Origin: a virus
Virus genome (UHGV): UHGV-0294963
DNA: 64,000 nucleotides
Strand: one strand, 5' to 3'
Position 1 is the stretch's first letter, and every line of letters begins with the position of its first letter. The translations under genes and the position numbers were made by a program. Of this stretch, positions 54,520 through 62,578 are shown piece after piece. The notes under the pieces were generated by a model. That model was not told where the DNA came from, did no database searches, and worked only from the letters and a program-made list of their open reading frames with translations.

Positions 54520-54741
54520 TTAGAAGCTTTCGAGTGATTCGTTTCGGAACACATCAGCGATGTCTTGAACGGTAAGTTCGTCATGACAGAACCTATCTAT
54601 CACATCAACTTTCTGTTCGGGCGATAGGAGTTTATCAGTGCAGATGTCGTGAATGATGACATATACTGCTGATTTTCCGATCTCTGACTTCTTCTTGTTG
54701 CGGTACTTTCCTTCAAGAATCTGCTTAAACTTCTTACTCAT
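54520..54741 (-). CDS. hypothetical small protein
   Basis: 73 aa ORF. Confidence 0.4.
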   Translation of the reverse strand: MSKKFKQILEGKYRNKKKSEIGKSAVYVIIHDICTDKLLSPEQKVDVIDRFCHDELTVQDIADVFRNESLESF

Positions 54742-54975
54742 AACCTACTCCTTTTACTCTAATTTCATTTGCTGTTATCACGTCATTAACATCGTTTCTC
54801 ATCAGCTCGTTCTCCTGTATAAATCTTTTAACGCAATTTCTAGCAGAAGTAACTTCCAGAAATGGTCGGTGTATTCTTGCTGAGCCTCTAATCTAAGTAT
54901 TTCTGCTTGAATTATGCTGAGTAGTCTATCTCTGTCGAGCTCTACTACCTGCATACATACCTCCTGTTACAGTGA

Positions 54976-55275
54976 TTATCGGATTATGCCGTCCAGTACG
55001 ATGTCGACTGTTCTCTCGATATCTTGATAATCGAAGTCTAATTCGAACGTCTTACCTGCTTCGTCTGTGATATTTAATGTATAGTCAGGATAGTCAGGGC
55101 TGTAGATATTAGGTTCTGCTCTGAATGTGAGATTAAACTTCTGACCTAGAGATAACTGATAATTATTAGTACCTGTCTCTGTAAAGTCGGTGAACGCATC
55201 GAGTAAGACACTCATTAAATCTAGACGCATCGATACAGGTTCGTTGCTTATAATTCTTGAATTAACCTTTCCCAT
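54976..55275 (-). CDS. hypothetical protein (start MGKVNSR with RBS GGAGGTATAGC)
   Basis: The ORF-table start is 18 nt further upstream without an RBS. Confidence 0.45.
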   Translation of the reverse strand: MGKVNSRIISNEPVSMRLDLMSVLLDAFTDFTETGTNNYQLSLGQKFNLTFRAEPNIYSPDYPDYTLNITDEAGKTFELDFDYQDIERTVDIVLDGIIR

Positions 55276-55292
55276 GCTATACCTCCTACACA

Positions 55293-55343
55293 TTGTTTTA
55301 TTGTATCTATATTATAACATAAATATAACACAGAAACGAAGTT
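55293..55343 (-). promoter_or_regulatory. conserved promoter element copy
   Basis: attgttttattgtatctatattataacataaatataacacagaaacgaagtt. Confidence 0.6.
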
Positions 55344-55348
55344 ATTAA

Positions 55349-56164
55349 CTATTCCACCATCTCTAGCTCTTCATCCTCATCATAGCCAGCTTCTTCCATT
55401 ATTTGTCTGGCTATCTGTTTTTCGAACGATTCCTCGTTATGCTTAAAATACCTTCTACCGGCTTCTTTCTTCTTGTTTTCTTGTTCTTGATACTTTACGT
55501 CACCTAGCTTAGCTCGTTCTGCATCTTCTTTCTGCTTATTATGTCCGAAGAATCTAGAGTCTGAGTTTCTATGTAGACTGGCTACCTGTATCTCATCCGG
55601 GTCTTCATAATAATAACCATCTCGTCCTGGTTCATCCGGCACGAATAATTTGATATACAGAGCATCGTGATGTAGTGGATTCTTACTACCCTTTATGGTC
55701 TCATCAACTGCAGCAGTATCTGGGAATAGAACTGACAGTGGCATTCTCCATTCATAGAATACTCCGTGGTCATATTTGGTTTTCTTTGCAGTTGTCTTAG
55801 CTCTCTTAGCTCCTGCGAAGTGCTGGCCTTTTATATCTATCGATTTTACTGCCTTAATCAAGTCAGAATGGTCAATCTTCCTGTCTGGATGACTTCTATT
55901 ATAATTCTTTAGTGTCTGTGCGAAGTTACTTTCAGCGTCCTTACCGTCTATCAAACAATCGAATCTAAACAGTGATGACGGTGCTGCTTTCACATAATCC
56001 ATCAGCTTTTGTAATTCCTCTGGCTTAGGATAATACCTAATCTTTTTGTCACCTCCAGGACCTAGATTAGCGCAGTTTAATTTCAACTGCTCTGCTAAAT
56101 ACCTGGGTATGTTGATTGAACAGCATAGGATTATCGGTTCTGATTTAAGCTGTACTCTTAGCAT
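55349..56164 (-). CDS. hypothetical protein (start MLRVQL with RBS AAAGGAGGATAC)
   Basis: 271 aa with a basic/acidic C-terminal tail. Confidence 0.5.
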   Translation of the reverse strand: MLRVQLKSEPIILCCSINIPRYLAEQLKLNCANLGPGGDKKIRYYPKPEELQKLMDYVKAAPSSLFRFDCLIDGKDAESNFAQTLKNYNRSHPDRKIDHSDLIKAVKSIDIKGQHFAGAKRAKTTAKKTKYDHGVFYEWRMPLSVLFPDTAAVDETIKGSKNPLHHDALYIKLFVPDEPGRDGYYYEDPDEIQVASLHRNSDSRFFGHNKQKEDAERAKLGDVKYQEQENKKKEAGRRYFKHNEESFEKQIARQIMEEAGYDEDEELEMVE

Positions 56165-56194
56165 TTCGTATCCTCCTTTAATAGCATGCGGTAA

Positions 56195-56262
56195 CTGCTG
56201 AGCCGTGCTTGTAATGAAAGTTACGCACACGTCGTGCATTTAAGCAAACTCGTTATTCTAAT
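56195..56262. repeat. family C-like element (…GTTACGCACACGTCGTGCATTTAAGCAAAC)
   Basis: Shares the TGCATTTAAGCAAA arm with the other copies. Confidence 0.4.
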
Positions 56263-56317
56263 GGTGAATGACGATGTGCTCCACTATCTATTATAGTCTT
56301 TTGCAGTAAGATAGTAA

Positions 56318-56345
56318 TTGCCCTGATAACACCGTACCAGGGCAA
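56318..56345 (-). terminator. candidate terminator hairpin TTGCCCTG-ataacaccgtac-CAGGGCAA
   Basis: 8 bp stem. On the - strand a moderately T-rich tract follows. It lies after the stop of 56357..56629. Confidence 0.35.
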
Positions 56346-56356
56346 TCAAATTCGAG

Positions 56357-56629
56357 TTAGAGTGGTCTATAGTAGGTATAGACTACCGTTTCTTCGTCCA
56401 GGTCGCCACAACCCCAACCGTCTAGCACCTTACAGATATACCAGTCATCTCCTCCTGTAATGGGAGAATTGGTAGGTGAGTATTCAAGTATAATAGGGTC
56501 GAATCTATCTGACTGTAATGCAAGCGGTATCGATGTATCAACTATAATCTCAACTTCTTCCGAACACCCGAAACTATAAAGTGCAGAAGCTGAGTAATAC
56601 CAGAGGGTGAACCTGTTTTTCAGGAGCAT
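56357..56629 (-). CDS. hypothetical protein
   Basis: 90 aa ORF. Confidence 0.4.
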   Translation of the reverse strand: MLLKNRFTLWYYSASALYSFGCSEEVEIIVDTSIPLALQSDRFDPIILEYSPTNSPITGGDDWYICKVLDGWGCGDLDEETVVYTYYRPL

Positions 56630-56631
56630 AC

Positions 56632-57201
56632 TTATTTCTGGTCGATGAATGTAGCGGCTTCATCTGCGACATGCAGCATCCAAGCCAAGGGGTTGTCGTT
56701 GAACACCTGACTAATCACTCCCTGCTTTCCTTCTTCCCAGGTAGCCATATGGCAGTTGATTGCTGCTGCTTCTGCTGGATTCAGCTTAATATACTGCTGA
56801 GCAATGTAGACAGACTTGCTACCATGTCCTCCGAACTTAAAGCATTCATCGTGGTCCCAAGTCTGGTATTTCTCCCACTGTCCGAACATATTCTTTCTGC
56901 TCTTCTCTGTAGGCTTATAGGTATTGATTTTGCACAGGTCATGCAGCAAAGCAACGATGATTCTTGAACTGCGCGCAGTAGCAACCTTGTCGTTATATAC
57001 GGTGGCAATTCTCTCGAGCTCATCGTAAACCGCTAAGCAATGGTCAACAAGACCACCTGCATATGCTCCGTGGTACTTAGAGCTTGCCGGTGCGGTGAAC
57101 CAGTCGGAACTGGGACTGTTCAGATAACTGATAAGGTCCTCAATACCCGGTACCTGTGTGCTGCGAAGTAGATTAATATATCTCTCTGCTGGTGTTTCCA
57201 T
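56632..57201 (-). CDS. HD-domain phosphohydrolase
   Basis: Start METPAERY with RBS AAAGGAAATATT. Conserved motifs are H...H (KYHGAYAGGLVDHCL) and HD (LLHDLCK), with later H/D residues. Confidence 0.65.
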   Translation of the reverse strand: METPAERYINLLRSTQVPGIEDLISYLNSPSSDWFTAPASSKYHGAYAGGLVDHCLAVYDELERIATVYNDKVATARSSRIIVALLHDLCKINTYKPTEKSRKNMFGQWEKYQTWDHDECFKFGGHGSKSVYIAQQYIKLNPAEAAAINCHMATWEEGKQGVISQVFNDNPLAWMLHVADEAATFIDQK

Positions 57202-57202
57202 A

Positions 57203-57769
57203 TTAAATATTTCCTTTCTGTTTATCATTCGCTGCCAGCTTGTTAGCTTGACAATAGATGTAATAGTAGCAGAAATTGTCGAACACATTACCAATCAGTG
57301 CTGCAACGAATAGCACGGTTAAACTCATGTCGGTCATCAGCGCGATTCCTGCACCTGCAAGTGTTGCTATGCTATTCACGATGTTGCAGTTGTTGTCATA
57401 TCGTTCTCTGCTTTTCTCATCTGGGTGTACCTTAGCTCTAAGTCTAATGCCTCCGTTTGCCATATTCCTTGTTATCAAAGCATATATTAGAACATTCAAT
57501 GCGAAGTAGAATCGCAAGTCACCGGTGATTATAACATGAGCAAATAATATCACATCGGCAATAATCTCCAGAGTAACTATAGATAGATAATGCTTGTATA
57601 AGAAATCACCTTTCTTATTCCAGAGTATGCCGAATACAACAACACCCAGACAGGTTACTATCTGTTCACCTGAAATGTAGAAGTAGTTGACCACCTTTAT
57701 CGTCTCAGCATAGATGTATGGATAACTCATCGAATAAAATATGCTGCAGATGAGGTTGGTGGTCAGCAT
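57203..57769 (-). CDS. polytopic membrane protein
   Basis: About 5 hydrophobic helices. The start is uncertain because the ORF-table N-terminus overlaps the upstream gene. Confidence 0.5.
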   Translation of the reverse strand: MLTTNLICSIFYSMSYPYIYAETIKVVNYFYISGEQIVTCLGVVVFGILWNKKGDFLYKHYLSIVTLEIIADVILFAHVIITGDLRFYFALNVLIYALITRNMANGGIRLRAKVHPDEKSRERYDNNCNIVNSIATLAGAGIALMTDMSLTVLFVAALIGNVFDNFCYYYIYCQANKLAANDKQKGNI

Positions 57770-57773
57770 AAAT

Positions 57774-58529
57774 TTAGACAGTTTCTGCCGAGTCATTACG
57801 CTCACCGTCTTCAAGCTTGTCAACATCCTTAGCACGGCGTCTAACATTATCATGGAATTGCTTATAACGCTGATTGTATTCATCAGCGTCAATCGATGTA
57901 AATTGCTCATCGACTTCTTTGAAGTACCAATTCAGAACTTCAACCTTACCATCTGGGCACTTAACTGACTTGATTTCCATGGTGTCGAATTCACCAGGTA
58001 TACCGCTGACTGCGAAGTCGAACGCACTGACATAATATCTACCTGTAGGCCAATAAGGCATCTCGATAGGGTACATTTCAGAAATCTTTCTTGATACAAA
58101 GCCATTCGTCCAGCAGGTACCGGCACTATTCGTGCATACGACACGTTCTACGTCACTAAATGTAGCCTCGCCAGTCTTCTTGTCAACATCCTTGAACAGA
58201 GAGTGACAACGCTTGCATTGATACGTTGCTACATCATCAGTTTCGTGAATCAGGTTCCAGGATTCTGGTACGTCTTCGATAGGTGTCAGCGGATAACCAT
58301 CAAGCAGTCTCTTAAGAATACCTCGAGTTACGCCGAAGCTGTACCCGCTGTGCTTGTCTTCCATCAGTGACTTGTAAGCCTTAAGAGCGCTAGCATAGCA
58401 ACCTCCTGCGTACTGCTTACCCATCTCTTTCATATCTTCGTCTGTCTCTTCAGGGTCATTTTCTATGGCAGCGGTTTCACGCTTTAGTGCCAATTCAACT
58501 TCTTTTTCTGCCCATTCGGTCATACTCAT
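57774..58529 (-). CDS. hypothetical protein
   Basis: 251 aa. Has a CKRCHS...C...C cluster. Confidence 0.5.
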   Translation of the reverse strand: MSMTEWAEKEVELALKRETAAIENDPEETDEDMKEMGKQYAGGCYASALKAYKSLMEDKHSGYSFGVTRGILKRLLDGYPLTPIEDVPESWNLIHETDDVATYQCKRCHSLFKDVDKKTGEATFSDVERVVCTNSAGTCWTNGFVSRKISEMYPIEMPYWPTGRYYVSAFDFAVSGIPGEFDTMEIKSVKCPDGKVEVLNWYFKEVDEQFTSIDADEYNQRYKQFHDNVRRRAKDVDKLEDGERNDSAETV

Positions 58530-58534
58530 GCTCT

Positions 58535-59224
58535 TTACCTCTTCTTTCCTGTAATAATTTCGCTGTATGGAAGACTTTCAATCCACTCACAGAATGTGTG
58601 CCATTCATCCAGCTTGTGGTCTTTACGATAATGATACATCGCGCCAAGTGTTTCATAGTTGAGCATCACGGTACGCTTCTGATTATAACTCGACGGCAGA
58701 AGCTGAATGAGCTGCCACCAAGCGTTCTTGTTCTTGGTCTCGATAAACTGGTCTCGATAGTAGTTCAGAAGTTCGATAGTCTTTTTCAGAACTTCCATCG
58801 AGTCCAGATTGAGGTGGTCGGTTGAAAAATCACTGACCTCAAATTCCTTGCTGTGAATCTTGTGCATAGTAGAACAGGAATTCATTTCAATACTATCCTC
58901 GATGAGATGGTCACCAGCGTAGCTGTAGAAGTCTTCCTCGTCGACGAAGTCCTTACCCTTGCGATACGTCTTGAATTCCTTCCAGAAATACAACGGTGCG
59001 TCAATATCAACACATACCGTGATAAATCTACGATACTTAGCGTGTACCGGACCGCCTGAAGCAAGTGAGTTCATCAGCTTAAGGTCATTCGGACCAACCG
59101 TGTCATCTTGGTTATTAAACTTCCCAAAACCGCTGTCTGACTTATCCCAGGAGTTCTTGGGGTTTCGCATACCGCGAACAGCAGCTTCTAGGTTAGTTAC
59201 TCGAGTTTGTGTGAGTTCTATCAT
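58535..59224 (-). CDS. divergent ThyX-like (flavin-dependent thymidylate synthase fold) protein lacking the canonical RHR motif
   Basis: The C-terminal segment LLPSSYNQKRTVMLNYETLGAMYHYRKDHKLDEWHTFCEWIESL resembles the ThyX C-terminal helix region, recalled from memory as LP.S..T......N.R....F..LR.D..AQWEIR. The position of the RHRxxS dUMP-binding motif is occupied by FKTYRKG. Comparison is from memory only. Confidence 0.35.
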   Translation of the reverse strand: MIELTQTRVTNLEAAVRGMRNPKNSWDKSDSGFGKFNNQDDTVGPNDLKLMNSLASGGPVHAKYRRFITVCVDIDAPLYFWKEFKTYRKGKDFVDEEDFYSYAGDHLIEDSIEMNSCSTMHKIHSKEFEVSDFSTDHLNLDSMEVLKKTIELLNYYRDQFIETKNKNAWWQLIQLLPSSYNQKRTVMLNYETLGAMYHYRKDHKLDEWHTFCEWIESLPYSEIITGKKR

Positions 59225-59411
59225 CTGAGTTCATCTCCTTTAGTGTTTTCGGTTCAGTTCGTAAGAATGATGCCGTAAATGCTTTCTCCTCAGGGCAATC
59301 CTCGCAGTTCTTGTCGTCCTGATAAGGGCAAGAACACCCGATTATAGGACATTCGTACTCATCTGAATTTCCTTCGTGAGTTCTGTCATCCCAGAAATTA
59401 TATTCAGCCAT
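59193..59411 (-). CDS. Cys-rich small protein
   Basis: 72 aa. Contains CPIIGCSCPYQDDKNCEDCPEE. Confidence 0.4.
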   Translation of the reverse strand: MAEYNFWDDRTHEGNSDEYECPIIGCSCPYQDDKNCEDCPEEKAFTASFLRTEPKTLKEMNSDDRTHTNSSN

Positions 59412-59700
59412 CTGACTTATCCTTCCAGGGACTGAGTGCCTTCATTACATCGTTCATCTTGACATTAAGCTGAATCTTTTCAGCATACTCATCATACCAT
59501 TTGATTTTAGCTTTATCTTGCTCCTCGCTATTACCGTCTTTGTTACCTGCACGGTAACCGTACTTGTATGCGTTCAGTTTGCAAAACCAGTAGACAGCGA
59601 TGTCACCGAACTGTTCACGCATCTCTACGATGCATTCTTTTCTGCCTTCCTGGTTATAATGTGACGGGTGGTCAACATTTTGCTTAATTACGTCGTCCAT
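59404..59700 (-). CDS. DUF3310-like phage protein
   Basis: HPSHY...ECIVEM...AYKYGYRAGNKDG resembles the DUF3310 signature (from memory). Confidence 0.45.
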   Translation of the reverse strand: MDDVIKQNVDHPSHYNQEGRKECIVEMREQFGDIAVYWFCKLNAYKYGYRAGNKDGNSEEQDKAKIKWYDEYAEKIQLNVKMNDVMKALSPWKDKSDG

Positions 59701-59789
59701 CTATATTCTCCTTTATGTAAGGGAGGTTATCTAGAATCCCTCCCGAAGCGTCTATATGAAGGTACCCTAATCTAGAATCGTTCGGCGAA

Positions 59790-60092
59790 TTATTCTGTAG
59801 CAGCTGCCTGCAAATTAGGGTATACGATGTCCCTGACGGTGAAGTTCTCCCACTTCTTGTAGACATCGATGTACGCTTCATCCTTATCGCCGTTGTATGT
59901 TATTTCATAATACATACCGTCAGACATGGGTGTGCTGAACAGACCCTTATGATTTTGCAGGGACTTGCCGTACCAGACGTTATAAACTTCTTCAGGCTTG
60001 AGCTCCTTAGAGTCAGTCACATCACGATGTTTATTGAAATACTTCGCAACCTGTTCCTGACCAAATTCGATAAATTCTGCGGAACTGAACAT
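59790..60092 (-). CDS. hypothetical protein (start MFSSAEF with RBS AGAAAGGAG; ORF-table N-terminal 73 codons run through the tRNA gene and are rejected)
   Basis: RBS spacing is correct for the ATG at 60092. Confidence 0.45.
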   Translation of the reverse strand: MFSSAEFIEFGQEQVAKYFNKHRDVTDSKELKPEEVYNVWYGKSLQNHKGLFSTPMSDGMYYEITYNGDKDEAYIDVYKKWENFTVRDIVYPNLQAAATE

Positions 60093-60235
60093 CAGTCTCA
60101 TCTCCTTTCTAGAAAAATAATGGCGGGTATATCTAGCATTACCCGCCTTCGAGTACTTTGGAGGTTTTCCTATGGCTTGGGAAAACTGACCGGAAGCTAG
60201 AATCCGAAGAGATGTGGGCTTGGGAAAGCCCTGGT

Positions 60236-60306
60236 TGGGGCAGCGGGATTCGAACCCACGGAATGACAGAGTCAAAGTCTGTTGCCTTACCGCTTGGCTA
60301 TGCCCC
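60236..60306 (-). tRNA. tRNA-Gln (anticodon UUG)
   Basis: The revcomp reads GGGGCATAGCCAAGCGGTAAGGCAACAGACTTTGACTCTGTCATTCCGTGGGTTCGAATCCCGCTGCCCCA. The anticodon arm is ACAGA-CTTTGAC-TCTGT with U33 and A37. The T-arm is GTGGGTTCGAATCCCGC. The acceptor stem is 6 of 7 paired. No encoded CCA. Confidence 0.7.
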
Positions 60307-60341
60307 AGCAAGAATCCCAGTAGAACTGGGATAGATAAAAA

Positions 60342-60623
60342 TCAGCAATAGTTTCGGGTTAGTAATCTTTCAAAGTAATCTTTCAGCTCTATACCAGACT
60401 CTGGTACATCCTGCTTAATTCCTTCCGATTCATCTTTCATGAACCCTTCGAAGTAGTTCGCGACTATACGAAGCCCTTCCACGAAAGATTCGAGCGTGTC
60501 TAGGTCCACTCTATTGTCTCTAAGGTCCTGTCTGAACTCGCTGACACCTTTCCTGAGTCTTGTTAGTTCTTCTTTCGCCTTGTGAGCCTCGGTATTATCA
60601 AGAACAACAACCGTGACTTTCAT
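60342..60623 (-). CDS. hypothetical protein (start MKVTVVV with RBS GTAGGAGGTAC)
   Basis: The ORF-table version starts 18 nt upstream inside the RBS region. Confidence 0.45.
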   Translation of the reverse strand: MKVTVVVLDNTEAHKAKEELTRLRKGVSEFRQDLRDNRVDLDTLESFVEGLRIVANYFEGFMKDESEGIKQDVPESGIELKDYFERLLTRNYC

Positions 60624-60640
60624 CGTGTACCTCCTACACA

Positions 60641-60690
60641 TTTAATATTGTAAGTATATTATAACACGCATTAACCACGAAAACGAAGTT
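60641..60690 (-). promoter_or_regulatory. conserved promoter element copy (variant)
   Basis: tttaatattgtaagtatattataacacgcattaaccacgaaaacgaagtt. Confidence 0.5.
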
Positions 60691-60700
60691 GTGCGTGTAC

Positions 60701-60926
60701 CTACTTGGAATGAAGTCCTGACTGTCTGTTCAGTTCTGCTTCATTCCAGATAAATGACGTTCCCGTACCTACGATACCTAATATCTTGAAGTCAGGGCGA
60801 TAGGGGATTACGAAGTCTACGTCCTGATACTCAAAGGTTCCATCATCGTTCTTCGAGGCTATCAGCACGGAGATATCTCCGTGCTCCGCCATAGTAGATA
60901 CAAGATTCTTAATCAGTGTTGACATT
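60701..60926 (-). CDS. hypothetical protein (start near MLMSTLIK; upstream part of ORF-table entry overlaps next gene out of frame)
   Basis: Start site is uncertain. Confidence 0.35.
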
Positions 60927-61352
60927 AGCATTGTCATCATCCTCCTTGTCGTTTGCTGGTGTGAATTTACCAGGAAATTCATGTATTCCTTGTGCAAGCA
61001 TATCTGCAAAGACTTTGTCAAGTCCTGTCGCCTCAAGCTGATGTGCTGTAGAATCGATGCACATCTGACGCTGCACTGACTTCATAAAATCGGTAAAAGC
61101 TTCGTGCAAGCCATTGACATACTTGTCTACCTCTGCTTCTGCTTCAGGTGTAACTTCTTTTACCTTCGGCATCGGTGTAATACTGTCTACGCAGTGCAGT
61201 AGAAGGTCAGATACCGTATGAACTAAACCTTCATACATATCACTAATACTGCACTGAGAACGCATCAGAGTGCCTTTATCTGTGAACACCATTGTGTAGT
61301 ATCCGTTGTTCGGTTCTGTGCAGATTACAGTAATAGAGCTTCCATCAATCAT
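60909..61352 (-). CDS. hypothetical protein
   Basis: 147 aa with an acidic C-terminus. Confidence 0.45.
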   Translation of the reverse strand: MIDGSSITVICTEPNNGYYTMVFTDKGTLMRSQCSISDMYEGLVHTVSDLLLHCVDSITPMPKVKEVTPEAEAEVDKYVNGLHEAFTDFMKSVQRQMCIDSTAHQLEATGLDKVFADMLAQGIHEFPGKFTPANDKEDDDNANVNTD

Positions 61353-61363
61353 AAGATTTCACC

Positions 61364-61609
61364 TCACTTATCATATGTCTCATCAACATCACCTTCAGGA
61401 TAATAGCAATTGGTACGAATCCAATCATTCTTCTGATAGGTGTCGAGTCGATAGCAGTACGTGTCACCATACGGTTCTTTGCTGATGATGACATTTTCAC
61501 CTCTATCATTGACGCACGCTGCAGGAAGCTGAGTATCAGAACAGAATACTTCTAGCGTAGCAAACGATATAGGTGAACATACAGTTCTAGGTATTGTGTT
61601 AGAATTCAC
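61364..61609 (-). CDS. hypothetical small protein
   Basis: 81 aa ORF. Confidence 0.4.
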   Translation of the reverse strand: MNSNTIPRTVCSPISFATLEVFCSDTQLPAACVNDRGENVIISKEPYGDTYCYRLDTYQKNDWIRTNCYYPEGDVDETYDK

Positions 61610-61840
61610 CTGGGATTACTCCTTTCGAACGTATCCACTTTTATTATGTGCCCTGAGCATCCTCCAGCAGCTATTACAGCACTCAACTGGTCAGGGCATA
61701 TCTTCCAAAAATAAGCTTGATTGTGCTGAGTGGTTATGTACACGATGTAGCTACCTCGATTACATCGCAATTCACAAGGGAAATCGTGTATAACCAAATC
61801 ACCATTCACCAGTACCGGCTGCTTCATACGCTTAAACCCT
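61606..61840 (-). CDS. hypothetical protein (3' portion of ORF 61606..62049; probable internal start)
   Basis: Overlaps 61832..62113 in another frame. Only the downstream part looks coding. Confidence 0.3.
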
Positions 61841-62113
61841 ATCGACATATGTATGAACGCAGTCATTGAGAACATACCAGAGTAGTGACATGAACTCAAA
61901 TCCATCGTGGTTCTGACTAACTTCCTCGACGTTAGTATGTTCCCAGATATCTTGAGCCACCTTGACGAAGTCGTCATCAGTTCTTGCTGATTTTGCCTTG
62001 ATGAACATATCAGAGTAATTCTCATTCGAACCCCATGTATAGAGTCCATACCGAATACAAACTCCTCTAAGCTCGCTGATATTGAGTTTTCTTTCGATTT
62101 TAATACCGTCCAT
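61832..62113 (-). CDS. hypothetical protein
   Basis: 93 aa ORF directly downstream of a promoter copy. Confidence 0.45.
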   Translation of the reverse strand: MDGIKIERKLNISELRGVCIRYGLYTWGSNENYSDMFIKAKSARTDDDFVKVAQDIWEHTNVEEVSQNHDGFEFMSLLWYVLNDCVHTYVDRV

Positions 62114-62138
62114 ATCTAGCCTCCCAGCATATAGTTGA

Positions 62139-62192
62139 TTGTGTTTTATTGTATCTACATTATAACATATACCAGAGGACCGAAACGAAGTT
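62139..62192 (-). promoter_or_regulatory. conserved promoter element copy
   Basis: ttgtgttttattgtatctacattataacatataccagaggaccgaaacgaagtt. Confidence 0.6.
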
Positions 62193-62194
62193 GC

Positions 62195-62578
62195 TTACGG
62201 TGAGCCTAAGGTCATCAGTAGACAGTTTACGGTATAGTTTTCTCGTACTAGGTCACAGTCATGGCGCTGTAGCGTGCCGACCTCTTTGAGCCTCCAACCT
62301 CTTTTATACATGACTTTAAGAAAGTCGATTAGCGAGGTGTCTCGTGCAGTAATCGCGATGGTACCCACGTCTGCCATGATTAGTTGTGTCATGAATTCAT
62401 CGATATAGTCTTCACTTGGTAGTTGAGTTACCTCATACAGTTCGCTACCGTGGCGTAGACTATCGACATAGTTCCGCATGGCAGTTGCTTGACCAGAACC
62501 TAAGCGTTGGTCAGCTGCACCAGATTTGAACCTGTTATGCTGCTCAACCAGCTGCTCAAGATAAGAATTCTTCTCCAT
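62195..62578 (-). CDS. hypothetical protein
   Basis: 127 aa ORF. Confidence 0.45.
   Translation of the reverse strand: MEKNSYLEQLVEQHNRFKSGAADQRLGSGQATAMRNYVDSLRHGSELYEVTQLPSEDYIDEFMTQLIMADVGTIAITARDTSLIDFLKVMYKRGWRLKEVGTLQRHDCDLVRENYTVNCLLMTLGSP

Noticed and set aside
59790-60311. Full-length ORF-table protein of 173 aa
   Set aside because: The N-terminal 73 codons are read through the tRNA-Gln gene and lack an RBS. An internal ATG at 60092 has a properly spaced AGAAAGGAG.
27525-62192. Possibility that the ~29 direct repeats are a CRISPR array or a MITE family
   Set aside because: Spacing between copies is gene-sized and irregular (0.3-5 kb). Every copy is followed at a fixed distance by an RBS and a start codon. 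The unit contains an extended -10 box in the correct orientation relative to the genes, so it behaves as a promoter. No cas genes are present.
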